From Hyphochytrium catenoides (lineage: Eukaryota; Protista; Hyphochytriomycota), in the NCBI GenBank assembly GCA_900088475.1, contig FLMG01000692.1, positions 1-49,281 of the forward strand: 49,281 nt of DNA, given 5' to 3'. This document shows positions 22,404-36,247 of this stretch, piece after piece (the first letter of the stretch is position 1; each line of letters starts with the position of its first letter). The notes below the pieces were generated by a model. It saw only the letters and a list, made by a program, of their open reading frames with translations. It did not search any database and was not told where the DNA came from. Made by a program: the position numbers and the translations under genes.

Positions 22404-22863
22404 CAGCGGCAAAAGTAGTCACCATCACTCTCTCTTGGACCTGCCATCTCTCTGTGTCTCTTTCTCTTATCTCTCGTGCGGACCCGGCTAAGGAATTGGC
22501 TCCTCTATCCGCTCCTCTGTGTATATAATTTGAGGAGAGCACCAGCGAAAATCTTAGGCAAAGGAGCTTGTCAGAACTCCAGTCTGGCATGCCTTTTAAC
22601 AAAGCCCTAACATATACATTTTCCGTTGCTTGAAGAAGGCTTGGGCCTTTGACCCTAGTTCCCACTGCTCTCTCTCTGTCTCTCTCTCTCGACACCGTCT
22701 CTCTCCCTTGCCAGCGCTGCTTTCCCTTTGATCTGCCACCAATATAATATCCCAGCAGCCACTTGCCATGAGGCAAAGGAGTTTACTTTTGGGAAGTCTG
22801 TTATTTGAAAAATGGCCAAGCAACCTTTGCTATCTCTTGCTTGTCACTGCTTGCCATCTCCTG

Positions 22864-24958
22864 CTAGAAGTCTATCTCGTCCGGAGTGACTGGATGAGGC
22901 AAAGGTATCACTGAGAGTTTCTCAACGTCTCGAGGACACGCTTTTCGCATATCTGGAAGGGGAGAAAGAAGAGAGAGAGGAAGAGCCGTTAGCGTGAAAG
23001 AAGAGGGCCCTAAGCTCATAGCGGAATGTCTCCCTAGTTGAGCTTCGTTTTGAGAGGTTGGGGTCCAAGAGTAGCAGAAGCACACAGACCGGAGAGAGAA
23101 AGGCGCTAGGGACGACAAAGAGAGACAAACTATGAAAAAAGGAGAAAGAAAGTCGCCAATGGAGAGACAAGATGAGAGAACAGGAGCCTTCTCTGGAACG
23201 TACCGAAGGCGTCTTCTTCCCCTGAATAATATCCTAAGACTCTTCGATAGACAGAGTATCCAAATTTCTTGTACATGTCAATTGCTAGGCTGTTCGATAC
23301 TCGGACAAACAGGTCCACAAAGTACCCGTCATAGCTGTCTCGCAGCAGGCCATAGCAAAAGGAAGAGAAAGAGAGAGTTTGAGAGAGATTGAGATTGAGA
23401 GAGAGAGAAGACGACAGAGAGAGAGAGAGAGAGAAATACAAGGACAGGATACACAGGGTCTCAATACCAGGGCCTTAAGGAAGAGACCGAAAATCGAGCG
23501 ACGGAAAGACTACTTTAGGCGAAAGAAAGAGAAGAGAAGAGGTATGGACGACAACCGGAGCAATGCGAGAAACAGACAGAGCAAAAGGTAGAGAGAAGCA
23601 AACCCAGAGAGACAGAAGAACTGAGGGAGGGCCTTTGAGAGGAGTGAGAAGTAGAGCAAGAGAAGTCGGTCGGTCCAAGAAGTAGATTGAGACAGAGTGA
23701 CTGGAGATGGGCCGAGCGAGCGAGCAAGAGAGAGAGAGATGAAAGATAGTCCGCAAACTTACACGTCAATAGTGACTGACTCCAGATAATCCATCATCCG
23801 TTTGGCGAGGCCCAGGCGACGATACTCTGGCGCCACCGTGACTGCTGTGACGTGCCCGTGCCAATTTTCCATAGCGCCCTCAGCCTTACCCATAACTAGA
23901 AGAGAGAGAGAGAGATGAAGAGAGACAGGCAGACAGGAAAAGAGAGAGATGACTCAGTACGTCAGTCAGTCATTCAAAGAGAAGCCGACATGCAATGAAA
24001 TCCAATTAGAAAGAACTCTTCACTAGACTGCAACCAGGTTCCTTAAGGAAGAGGAAAGGAAGGACAAGATAGGCGACCAAAGAAATATGGGTGAGAAAGA
24101 GATGGAGAGAGAGAGAGAGAGAGAGAGTGAGAAAGAGAGAGAAAATAAAGAGAGAGAGAAAAAGAAGAAAGAGAGAAAAAAAGAGGAGAGAGAAAAAAAG
24201 AGGAGAGAGAANNNNNNNNNNNNNNNNNNNNNNNNNNNNNNNNNNNNNNNNNNNNNNNNNNNNNNNNNNNNNNNNNNNNNNNNNNNNNNNNNNNNNNNNN
24301 NNNNNNNNNNNNNNNNNNNNNNNNNNNNNNNNNNNNNNNNNNNNNNNNNNNNNNNNNNNNNNNNNNNNGCACTATATCCCATCATTTGTCCATTTGGCGC
24401 TTCTTCGACAAGGAAATAGTCTGGCCACTTGCAGAGATACTGGAGGTAGAAAGGCATATTGTACTGCAGGAGCAAGAGATAGGATCAGAAAGGAGACGGG
24501 GAGAGAGAGAAGAGAAAGAAAAGCTAGAAAAGGAGGGACGGAGAGAGAAGAGGAAAAGAGAGGAACAAAGAGACAGGAGCGCGATTAGAGACAGAGAAGA
24601 GAGAGAGAGAGAGAATGAGAGGGAGAGAGAGGGAGAGAGAACGAGAGAGAAAGCGAGCGCCGGTGATAGGTGGGAGAGGAAGAAGGTCAGCGAGATGGAG
24701 AAGCCCCAAGGAAGCGAAGATAAGAGGGAGGAACAGAGAGAGCGCGCGAGAGAGAGAGAGTTGGGAGAAGAGCCGTCTGGACCACGATGAGAGATGAAAG
24801 AGACGGCGTAGAGAGGAAAAGGATAGAAGAATCGAAGAAGAGGAAGAAACATCAGAACGAATAAGAAACAACACGAAGACTGGGCAGCGCAAGCTGAAGT
24901 AAGCTGCAGGAGTTCCCCAGACCCTTGTAACACGCCATTCTTTCTTTCTCTGTCTCTG

Positions 24959-24994
<36 letters not shown>

Positions 24995-25197
24995 TCTCTC
25001 CCCTAATCTCTTCCTCTCTCCTTTCGTCTGATGCGCTCTCTCCCTCTGTGTGTCGCTCTCTCCCTGTCTTGTTCTCCCTTTCTCTGTTCTCTCTCTTCCA
25101 ATTTCTAGTTGAAGCTCACCGTCTCGGTCAGGACATCGAGGTTGACATTATTGAAGCGGAAGAGATCTTCACACGTGAAGCGCCGGGTGGTCGTCAT
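22864..25197 (-). CDS. NAA20: N-alpha-acetyltransferase 20, NatB catalytic subunit (173 aa, 5 exons)
   Basis: Exons 25197-25120 (MTTTRRFTCEDLFRFNNVNLDVLTET), 24463-24373 (YNMPFYLQYLCKWPDYF), 23895-23763 (MGKAEG...WHGHVTAVTVAPEYRRLGLA), 23334-23204 (FVDLFVRVSN...MYKKFGYSVYRRVLGYYSGEEDAF), 22952-22864 (DMRKA...RD...SVIPL). Total 522 nt, all visible splice sites GT-AG. Confidence 0.97.
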
Positions 25198-25309
25198 CTT
25201 TTAGGGACAGTTGGACAGAGAAAGAGAGGGAAACCGCGAGAGAGAGACCCGCGAAGAGAAGAAAGGAGCAATCGAAGTTGAAAGATAGAAAATGAGAGAG
25301 AGAGATGGC

Positions 25310-25349
<40 letters not shown>

Positions 25350-25617
25350 AGGTGGAATGGGGCCTAAAAGAAAGGGAGAGATCTATGCTTTTACTCTGGA
25401 GGAGTTCTTCTCTCTCTTCGTCAGCAACTTCCTCTCGGGAGTGCGCTGCAGATTCGCATCCCACGAGCTCTTTCAATCTCTCTCTCCTCTCTCTCTGTCT
25501 TCTTCTCTTCTTTTCTCTCTCTCGCTCGCTCTCCCTCTTTCTCTCCTCTCCCTCTTTCTCTCCTCTGTTCTCTCTCTCTCACTCTCTCTCTTCTCTCTCT
25601 CTCTCTGTCTCTCTCTC

Positions 25618-25666
<49 letters not shown>

Positions 25667-25921
25667 CCTTGCCGTGCTTTCTTATGATCTCTCCTCTGCG
25701 GTGTCTTCTCTCTTCACTCTCTGTCTTGGGTAGCTTAGAACTCCGCTAAACGGTAAACAACGTGCACACTGTATGATTCTTATTCAACAACAGGATTTCG
25801 GACTATGTGGTTCAGAAGCAAACAACATGGATGAAGGAGAGCAGCTCATTCTTCAACTCCTGTTCCTTCGCTCTTCTTTCGCTTGCTCACTTTTCTTTCT
25901 CTCTCCCCATTCTTTTTACTT

Positions 25922-25952
<31 letters not shown>

Positions 25953-26271
25953 GTCGCTCTGTCGCTCTCTGTTTCTTTCTCTCGGTCGCTCGGTCGCTCT
26001 CTCTGTCTCTCTCTCTCTGGACCATCTCACAGAGAGACAATCTCTTCTCCCGCCGTTCTCTCATTTCTCCTCTTCTTGCTCTCTGGCCTCACTCTCTGCC
26101 AAGGCTCACAGGTCGCGGCTCATGGACCCTACTCCCTCTTCTCTCTCCTACTTCATCGCCTCTTTCTCTGTCCGCTTCTCCCCTCAGATTGTCTCTCACT
26201 CTCTCTCTCTCTCTTTTTCTCTCTTCTTCGTCTCACCATGCGGTGGTGCCTCAGCTGAATAACGAGAACAA

Positions 26272-26504
26272 ATGAAAAGCAACGAGACAGAGTCTCCGCT
26301 CCCTGATCATTCTTCGCTCGGAAGCGGAGGAGTTGCGGTGATGGAGGAGGAAGAAGAAGAAGAGAAAGAGAGAGAGAGAGATGAGGTTATTGTGCACCGT
26401 CCCATTTTAAGGAAGAGGCCGCTAAGGGATCCATTCTTCAACGACGGAAACAGGGAGAGAGCGCTGGCAGCAGGGACAAAGAAGAGCAAGCACTTGTGAG
26501 AAGA

Positions 26505-26537
<33 letters not shown>

Positions 26538-27583
26538 GTCTCTCTCTCCCCTTCTCTCTCTCATTCTCTCCCGTCCTCTGAATGTCTACTTCGTTCCGCT
26601 AACTAGCCTTTTTTCCTGCTCTCTTTTTCTCTCTGTTTCTTTTCTTTTCCTGCTTTTCTTCTACGTTCTCTTTTTCCCGGTGAACGCCTTCCCCCTCATT
26701 TTTCACATGTCACAGTTCCCTTGTGGAGATAGAAGAGGAAGAGAGAGAACGAGAGGACGAAGAAGAAGAAGGGTCAAACTTTCTCTGTGGGATTGACGGA
26801 TGTAAGGAGATCTGCCAATCAGTGCAGGAACATGAACAGCATTATCAAATGTCAGTGCTGTCTTTCTTCTCTCTCTCTCCCTCTCTCTCTCTCCCTCTCT
26901 CTCCCTCTCTCTCTCTTTCTCTCTCTCTCTCTCTGTCTCTCTCTCTGTCTCTCTCTTTCTTTCTCCCTCTTTCTCTCCCTCTCTCTTTCTCTCTCTCTCT
27001 TTCTCTCTCTCTCTTTCTCTCCCTCTCTCTTTCTCTTTCTCCCTCTCTCTCTCTGTGTCTCTCTCTCTCGTCGGTTTTTTACCTCCTCTTAGCACGTCCG
27101 CTCTTTAAATCTGAAATGCCGGCTTACGCCATCTCCCTCTCTATCTATTTCTTGACTCCCTTTCTGCCGAATTCTTTTCTCACTTCTTCTTTCTCTCTTC
27201 CTCTCTTCCCTCTTTCATCCACACTCCGCCGGCAGCGCGCACAGCAACAGCTGCAGCGTCTGCAGCGGGATCTTCCCTTCAGTTAGGCTCCTGGATATCC
27301 ATATCAGGTGAGGAGAGAGAGCACTGGAAGGAGCAACAGGGGAAGGAAAGAGGGACACAAGAAGAAGGAGAGAGAAAGAGATGTAAAAGTATATTCCGTT
27401 AGCTTTCTCTACCCTCCCTCTATCTCCCTCATACTCTCAAAATCTTCTACCTCTCGAGCACTCTCTTTACTTCCACAATCTTACTCTTGTTCGCTCTCTT
27501 TTGTTCCCCCTTTTTCTCCCTCTCTCTCTCTCTCTCTCTTGACCTCTGTGTCTCTCGTTCTGTCTTTCTTCTCTCTCTCTCTT

Positions 27584-27660
<77 letters not shown>

Positions 27661-28290
27661 CGCTCGCTCGCTCGCTCTCTCTGTCCTTTCTCTCTTTCTT
27701 CCTCTCTCTCCCTCTCTCTCCTCCTGTCGGTCTTGATGGGTGAGTTATTGATGCTCTCTTCGTCATTGATTACTCCCGGAAACAGTGAATCCCACGATGC
27801 GTACTTTAGGGTGTTGGCTAAGCGCCAGAATATGGTATGTCCCATCTCTCTCTCTATATATATATGTATGTCTTTCTCTCTTCCCTCTCTCTTTCTCTCT
27901 CTCTCTCTCTCTCCTCTTGTCCCCGACCCTTCTGTTGACAGTGCTAACCCTTTCTCCTATTACGGACCTGCACGAATTGGCCCTTTCCCTTCTCCCACGG
28001 CTCCTGCGTTATAAAGTACAGATGTTTAGTTGAGAGCTGCCAGGAGATGTTCCGGAATGACGGAGCAAGAAAGAAGCATCTTGTTAGAGTAAGGAGACTA
28101 GGCTCCCCTCTCTGTTCTCTCTTTGTTTCTCTCTCTCTTCTCTCTCTCACACTCTCTCTTCTTGTTTGCCTTTTGTCTCTCCGTAGTTCTTTCCCAATCG
28201 TGCTATCGCCTTCCCGCCCCCAAGAGTTCTTTGCCGGTTCGATCTCACTTTCTCCTCCCTCTATATCCGGTGTTTGACAGCTGTGACCAA

Positions 28291-28323
<33 letters not shown>

Positions 28324-28516
28324 GTCTCTGAGAGCCATACCTACGTGGCGAAGCAAGTGCGGAAAAGAATTGAACGCGCTCATCTCTGTCTTCTGGTCTT
28401 TCGGTGTAGGTGCACAGGTACCCTGACGACTATGAGTTTCATAGGAAGCGGCTCATGGCGGTGAAGCAACAGTAAGAATATGCACTGCATCCTAGCCTCT
28501 CTTTCTCTCTCTCTCA

Positions 28517-28559
<43 letters not shown>

Positions 28560-29489
28560 TCTTTGTGTGTGTTTATCTGTACTAGCTTTTGCCGCTTTCT
28601 CTCTCCTTACCTCTTTATTCTCCTGCACATTACACCGACATCTTGTCTTTCTCTCTCCCCTCTCTCTCTTCTCTCCTCTTGTTATATAAGTACTTTCCAA
28701 AAGCTTTTGAACCATCTACTTCGCTCTCCTTCCTTGCGCTGAAATGTCCTCTCTTTTCTCGTCTCTGTGCAGAAGTTCCAGTAGTCAGACTGCGGTGACT
28801 CCAGAGCAAGAGAAAAGGAAAGAAAAGCTAAAGGAGAAGAGAAAAAGAAAGAAAGAAAAGAGGAAGAAGGAGAAGGAGGCTACTTCCCTTCAGCAAGCAT
28901 CAGGTAGAGCCCTAGGAAGTGTTGCTATCTGTCTCTCTTCATAGGCTTCTCTCTCCTGTTTCTTGTCGCCTCATTTTAAGTCTGGCCGCCTCTTCCTCAC
29001 CTCTGCCATGCATACTCTCTCTCTCTCTCTTTTCTCTCTTACTCCCTTTTCCTTGCCCGGCCTCGTGTCCGTCCTGCCTCTTTCCAGTGCTCGCCTCTAA
29101 CTCTGTCTGGTTGTGTTTAAGGAATGATGGTGGAGGGACAGGAGAAGGGCGAAAGGTACGGCTCAGAGTGACAACCTCAGGAAACTTTCTCTCTCTCTCT
29201 CTCTCTCGTTCTCTGCTCTCTCTCTCTCTCTTAGGTTTCTTTCTTTCTCGCTCCTGTCTCTCTGCCGCTCTCTCTTCACCTATCTGTTTTCTCCTCTTTT
29301 GACTCTCTCTCTCTTTTTAGTCAAAAAGATGAGAAGCTAACGGCGCGGAAAGACCAACTCCAAGCTGTGAAGAGGGAAGAGGACGCGATGGATGAAGAAC
29401 TGGGCGACCTGGCAGAACAGCTCCAGGCCGTCCGGCTCCACATTCCCAAGAATATTACATTTGGAAGAAGAGGGAGAGGGAGGCATTGA
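26272..29489 (+). CDS. ZNF511: ZNF511-like C2H2 zinc-finger protein (9 exons)
   Basis: Exons 26272-26495, 26716-26850, 27236-27307, 27786-27834, 28017-28088, 28410-28471, 28773-28903, 29122-29155, 29321-29489, all in phase. Motifs: DPFFNDGN; CGIDGC...HEQHY...H; CSVCSGIFPSVRLLDIHISESHDAYF; YRCLVESC...F...RKKHL...H-x-YP; C-terminal IPKNITFG. This is the ZNF511 family layout. Confidence 0.85.
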
Positions 29490-30075
29490 CTCTTTCCTGA
29501 CCACACTTTTCTAGGGGAATAAAGAGGACGAGGTGTCAGACTGGCGGATAGTCAATAGGGGAGAGAGAGAGAGAGAGAGGGGGGGGGGAAAGGAGGGCGA
29601 GAGAGACACAGAAAGGGACAGAGAAACGACATAGACAGAGAGGAACGATAGAGACAGAGAGAGGATGATAGGGACAGAAAGGGGAGAGTAGAGAGATGAC
29701 AAAGAGCAAGTAAGATGAGACTCTTTCCTCGTGAACGCGACCAACTCTAGGAAACTTGAGAAGTAGTCTGAGCTGTCTCTTTCTCGTCTCTCTCTCTCTC
29801 TCATCCCTAGCTCTTTCTCTCATCTCCTCTGTGCTTTCACTTCTCTCTTGGAATCTTTTAGATCCATCAAGGGCACTTCTCCATTTCGAACAGAATAGGA
29901 CTGAGAAGGCGCCACTGTCCTCTGCTGGAAAGCGTGGGGGTAGCTTCATATTTAAGTTATAGCGAAAGTTGTTATTCTCCGTGCTCTGTCTCTCTTTCTT
30001 CTGATATGTCTCTTTAGAAGCAAGGCCTTTGGTCTGTCTCTCTTTCTGTGGATAAACTCTCTCTCTCTCTGTGGG

Positions 30076-32195
30076 TTAGGCGGTGGGCTCACGGCCTGCA
30101 GGTGGAGTGGAAGAGATGTGAGGGCCCAGGTTTTACATTTGCATGTTCCTTTGCTCTCTTTCCCCTCTTCTCGCTCTCTTTCTCTCTCGTTCTCTCTCTG
30201 TCTCTCTCTCTGCCGGCGTGTGGTTATTGTCATACTGCCTCCCTACTATACCTCATTCCTCTCTCTCTCTTCTTCACAGCTGCTTTCCTTACCTGTCTCG
30301 AGCCAACTGAGTTGGTAGATGTACTCCGAGGGCTTCATCATGCTGGTCGCCCCTAGAATGACCTCTCTCTTGCATTCTTTCTGCTCCAGGACACAGCAGC
30401 CGAAGAGGCGGTGGAAAAAAATAGAGAGAGAGAGAGAGCAAGAATATTAAGCTCGAGCCAAGTAGCGAAGAAGGCAAAGACAGCAGACGGATAGAGAGAA
30501 GAAGACTGGAAAGGGAAAGGTGGGCGAGAAGAGAAAACAAGAGAGGGAGAGAGTTAGGAGGTAGCTCACCTGAACCTCATAGACAGCTCGCAGCTCACAG
30601 GGCGCCGCTCCTCCAGCCTAGGGAGAGAGAGAGAGAGAGGAAGAGAGTCAAAAGGAAGAAAGAAGCGGTGATAGAGTGAGTAATAGTTAGCCAACGAGAG
30701 AGAGGGAGAACAGGTTGACATCCACATGTAGAGAAAGGAGAGTGGAACAACTAGACACAAAGCGACCATCTCTTTCTCTCTTTTTTCTCTCATTTCCTTT
30801 CTCCATTTTCCCTCCTTTCTTATTCTATCTTTCTCTGGCTCTCTCTCTTTCTCTCTCTCTGTGGCTGATCCCCCTGTGCCTCTCCCATCTTCCCTCTTTT
30901 CTTTCGCCTCCTACCATAAAGACAATCACGCGGCTGCCATTGAACTGCACTTTCTCGTTCTCTTTGCTCTCTTTCTTCTTGAAGAACTTGCTAGGCGCGT
31001 GTTTTCTGATGGACGTGCCAGCTTTGCCGCCCGAAGAGGAATTAGGAGAGAGAGTGGAAGAGGTAGAAGGAGGAGGAGGAATGAGGAAGGGATATTCTTC
31101 TCGGGAGAGATCGTTGTTCGCGAGCTTGGTGCAGATCTCTTTGAGGGGAGAGATGTACCGGCTGGAGGAGTACTCCGCCTTGCTGTTGAGACCTCCTGAA
31201 GGGAAAAAGGAGGTCAGTAGAGAGAGAGAGACACAGATAGAGAGAGAGAGGAAACAGAACGCGAGAGAAAGTGTTTTATGAAGAGGAAAGGCAAGATAGT
31301 GTGCCCGTGCATGCGAAAAGCCGTGACAAAATTGGGCAGAAAGAAGCAGGGAGCAAGGCAAGGGAGAGACCGAGGAAGAGAGAGAGAGAGAGAGAAAGAG
31401 ACGAGGTTTATTTAGGAAACACGTAGCCAAAGAAAGGACATGGGGATAAAGAAGGAGTGGCGCATGCTTCGTCCCTTGCAGGAGCTGAAAGAGACAAAGA
31501 GAAGAGTGTGAATCTGGGCTCTCAGGAGAGAGAAGTGAGATTGGGATCCTAGAGGGCAACGGCATAGGGAAGAGCGAGAGCAGAAAGGATGGTGGCGCAC
31601 TTACCAATCTTCTTCTTCTCCACCTTATTGAAGATTCCTCCCTTAATCCTCTGAAGGTTAACATTCAAATGGCGGAGATTGAGAAGAACAGCCTCCATCC
31701 TGCGTGCAAATGTGTGGGTGAGGGAGCTGGAGAACGAGAGAGAGAGAAAGAGAGAGAGAGAAATCTCACGGAGTAGGCAACCGCCTAACTGTACAAAGCC
31801 AAAAGAGAACACTGCAGGAGAGGTAGAAATGAAAGAAACGAGAGAGAGAGAGAGAGAGAGAGCCTCAGGTAGGATAGCCTGAAGTTGCTAAAGGGGTAGG
31901 AGAGAGAGGTTGACAGTCAGAGAGAACAGGATAACGCACTTGTTTGACAAGCAGGCGGTAGTGATCAGAGCCTTTCTCTCTGCATCCGAGAGGCCTTGCT
32001 GCGGATAAGGGAAGAAGAGAGAGAAACATGTAAGAGAGAAATAGGCAAGAAGGAAGAGAGAGAGAGAGAGGAAGAAAGAATTAAAGGAAAGCAGAAAAGG
32101 TAGCGAAACCGGGACAAGGAAGAGAGTAAACGAGAAGATGCGGGAGTGAAGCTGATGGCACAAAGACGAGAGGAAAGAGAGAGGAAGAGAGACAC

Positions 32196-32227
<32 letters not shown>

Positions 32228-32592
32228 NNNNNNNNNNNNNNNNNNNNNNNNNNNNNNNNNNNGTCTTCCTCTGTGAGCTTGCTGTTTCTCATTAGTCTCT
32301 CTATCTCCTTGGAGAGAGAGGAACTCTTCACGCTTCGGCCCGCCTCATCGCAGCCTGTGCCCATCAACTGCTCCAGAAGAGACACATTCTAGGAGCACCA
32401 AGAGAGAGAGGAAAGAGAAAGATCGTTATCGCCGTCTTCCACGTCATTACCTTCTCTCTCCCCGTCTTTCTGTCTTTCTCTCACGTTTTCTCTTTCTCTC
32501 TCTCTATCTTCACGTCCCTCACCTCGGCTAATTGTTCATTTTCTCTCCCTATGTCTCTCGCTTGCGGCGGGCTATTTAGATCTACCTAAAGG

Positions 32593-32637
<45 letters not shown>

Positions 32638-33060
32638 TTCCCCCTCTTATGTCTCCTCTTCTCTCTCCTCTGCCTCCTCTCTTCATCTTCACTCTGTCTC
32701 TCCTACCAGTAGGTCTCTCTTGTGCAGATGGTTCATGCAGTCTCCCGCGACGCTCATGTGCATGGCCAGCTTACTCAATGTCTCTCTGTACTCAGGCAAC
32801 TCCTTCAGAGCTGCGGCCATCTGAGAAATGTCCTTGATTTGACCTAAGGGAAGGGAGAGAGAGAGAGAGCGAGGGAGAAAGAGAGAGAGAGATGTGAGAG
32901 AGAGAGAGAGAGAGAGAGAATAAATGGCGGAAGAGAGAAAGAGGTACCAATAGGACCAGGAGACTGAGAAGTACAAAGAGGAAATAGAGAGAGGCGAAGA
33001 GCGAGTGACAAAGAGAAGAAAGAGGGAAGGGTGACAATAGAGTGAGAGATAACAGAGAGA

Positions 33061-33114
<54 letters not shown>

Positions 33115-34917
33115 AAAGACCGGGCGTCCCTATCACCGTTACCTCTGGCTAGGGCAGCTCCCCCGTTGTTTGCTATGAACTCATTCATTCTCGCCACCAC
33201 CTCCTCGCTCACTTTTGCGATGTGCTCGTGCCGCAACTCCGCCCAGAGAGGATCGGACTCGTCCAGGAGTACCTGAAAGAGAAAGAAAACGAAGAAAAAT
33301 GAGCGAGCGAGAGAGAGAGCGAGGGATAAAGAACGAGAGGACCATGCGCAGCGAAGGTGATTGATGCAGCGAGGGCAAGAAGAGAAAGGACAAAAGCCGA
33401 GATGAAGAGTGAGACAGACATGGACCCCACCGAAAAGGAGAGAGGAAGGCTGTTCTAAAAAAGCAGACGAGAACGGCCTTGAATAGAGGGGTGCCAAGAG
33501 GGAGAGAGGAGAGAGAGACTGTCAGAGAGAGAGAGAGAGAAAAAGAGAGAGACAGAGACAAAAGAGTCAGACAAAGACAGAGACTCAGAAACAGAGAGAC
33601 ACAGACAGCGAATGACAGTGAGAGCGAGTGAGAGCGAAGAAAAACGGAGAGGCGTGGACAAGCCGACGCGTGATGGGTTAAAGAGGGAGAGTGCGAACAG
33701 CAGAAGGGCTACCCAGAGAGGAGAAATAGTTCTTAGAATAATAGAATAGAAGACCGCGCGCTTACAGTCTTGTCAATACTCCCAGCATTGGTCTCTGCTT
33801 TATAAGTGATAATATCTTCTTTGACAGGCAACAGGTCCTAGGCAGACTTCGGTCAGTGTCACAGCGCAGAGAGGGAGAGAGAGAGAGAAGGAAGGAAAGG
33901 AGAAAAAGGCGTCGAGCGAGAGACAGCCAGAGTACAGAGACAGAAGAAAGGGAGAGGATAGAGAGAGAGTATATTTGGAAGCAGGAAAGTAGAGGAGATA
34001 TAATGGAATAGGAGAGACTGACCGCTAACTAGAGCAGAAGTACGTTGCAAGGAGAGGCAAACGAGAAAGAGAAAATGAAAAAGTGAGGACAAGGGCTGGC
34101 ACTGAGGGAAAAGAGACGCAGGGTGGTGGAAACAAGAGAGAAAGAATAGCAAAAGGGAATGAGGACAGCAGTTCTCTCGTTCCTTACCTGCACCATGGCC
34201 TGGTAGGTGAACTCATGCATCAGAGGGGTGAGAGGGTCTTCGCTCCTCTCAAGGAGCAGAAGAGTGGCTCTCTCTTTCTCTCCCTGCTGTCCGCCATAGG
34301 TAAACTTTGGATTTTGAGAGACAAACTCGTTCATTAGCTTGTGGAACTTGTTGGCCATAGACTCCATGCGTCTGTGCCAGAGAATGGAGAAAAGAAGGGA
34401 AGAGAGAGAGAGAGAGAGACGTCAGAAAGAGGTAAGGAAGGGAAGTCGGCACGCACAGATACTGAACACAGTCTTCAAAGACAGCAACCAGATCCAAGCC
34501 TGCAAAGGAGAAGGAGAAAGTAGAGAGTGGAGAGGAGAGAGACCCAGCAAAGGAAAGAGACAGATGAACAGAGCATCTCAAGAGGGTAGCTCCTGTACCT
34601 GTTGTCCTTTCTGTATCTAATGTGCGGATACTCTCCTATGGTCGCGCAGAAAGAGACAAGCTTCTGGGCAAAGACAGTGGTTGCATGGTCCGCACTGCCA
34701 TTTGGGGCGTAGAGAGGAGCGAGGGCGTGCTTGATATCGAGAGAGAAAGCGCTAGACTCAAAAGCCAAGAAGTCAAGGTTGACCTGTGGATTGAGGGAAA
34801 GACCGAGGCACAGATAGAGAGAGAGAGAAAGAGAGAGGGAAAAAGAGAGAGAGAAAAAAAGAGAGAGAGAGATAAAATAAGAAGAGAGAGAGAGAGAGAG
34901 AGAGAGCGTGCGAGGGA

Positions 34918-34961
<44 letters not shown>

Positions 34962-36247
34962 GAGAGAGAGAGAGTTGCGGACAGAAGTTAGAGAAAACGA
35001 GTGAGTGACCAGAGGAAATAGAGGATCGTGGTAGGTCAAGAGAGAAGCAACGGGACACCCAAACGACACTGAGTGCGGAACAAACCAACAAAGTCGGGCA
35101 GAGAGAGAGAGAAGTGAGAGACGCGAGGAGATGGGAGAGACGGACTCCTCTTTCGGACCTCAACAAGCGTCTTTATCTTGCTGAGAAGCGGAGGGTGTGC
35201 CTTGATCATGGCGAGAAGAGAATCGTCGAGCTTCGAGACGAAGTACAAGTGTACTGCCGCGTACATAGGAGGCTTCCCCTTCGGGAAATCGTCGATGAGA
35301 CGCCTAACAGACGAGAGAAAGCAAAAGACGGGTTGACATTAGAAGAATGACCTGAGGAGAGAGGAAGAAGGTGGAGATGAATGGACAGGAGACAGAAAGC
35401 GCACAGCCCCCGCAAAAGAGAGAGAAAAGAGAGAAAGCGAGAGAGAGAGAGAGGAACCAACCCAAGGGCGAGGAGGAGAAGAGCTAGCCTGACAGAGCAC
35501 GAGAAGAAAGGAGTCGTACTGGATGGATTGCGAGCAAGGAGTGATAAAGTAGATTGTCTCCATTTGCGGGAAAGGTTGTCTCTTAAGGGCTAGCTGCTCG
35601 ACAAGGGTGATCCCTTCTTCCATCAGGTCCCCCATTCGAAGAGCAGAAGAAAGAATGCGAGTCGAGTGCTCGTCCAGCACCTGCATGGAGAGAATGACAT
35701 AGATAGATAGATAGACGGGAGAGAGAGAGAGAGAGAAGAGGAGAAGCAGACCAGGCGCGGGCATCCAGGCAGAGCAAAACGTTAGCTGTGGTATATACTC
35801 CATCTATAAAGAATAAACGAGAACGCGGACTTCGACAAAGGAGAGACTGCAGGAGAGAGAGAAGAGGAGGAAGCCGCTGGGTCGTCGAGTGTAAGAGAAA
35901 GAGGGAGAGTGAGGCATAGGCGATTGGAGACGACTCGACAGAAGAGAGGAGATAGGTGATTGGAGAAGAGTGAAGAGGGAATTACCGTGTAGAGAGCGAC
36001 CATACCAGTGGAGGAGAAGCGTTATGCGAAAGGAGCATTGAGACAACGGAGAGAGACATAAGAGAGAGAAGCACTGCTCAGACAAGATGGCAGTCAAATC
36101 ATGTGTGAAACCCCTTGGTGAGCTCACCATGATCATCCAGCCAGACGAGGTGGCGGTTGCCTTCTTGATAACGTCCTGCTGGAGCCGCTTCTGGACAATC
36201 TTCCTCATGGAAAGATAGCCTTCTCCTTCACCTTCAAAGCTCGACAT
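30076..36247 (-). CDS. SEC1: Sec1/Munc18 (STXBP-like) syntaxin-binding protein (at least 15 exons; part lies in N-gap 32228-32262)
   Basis: Exons 36247-36128, 35680-35520 (VLDEHSTRILSS...GITLVE...RQPFPQMETIYFITP), 35303-35159, 34783-34599, 34371-34188 (LLLLERSEDPLTPLMHEFTYQAM), 33837-33766, 33272-33143 (LDESDPLWAELRHEHI), 32843-32707, 32388-gap, 31998-31940, 31699-31605, 31195-30915 (SRY...RVIVFM), 30617-30570 (GG...ELR), 30380-30293 (EVILGAT), 30095-30076. Confidence 0.95.

Noticed and set aside
22864-36247. Alternative genetic code or stop-codon reassignment
   Set aside because: Conserved genes translate cleanly with the standard code and end in TAG, TGA and TAA.
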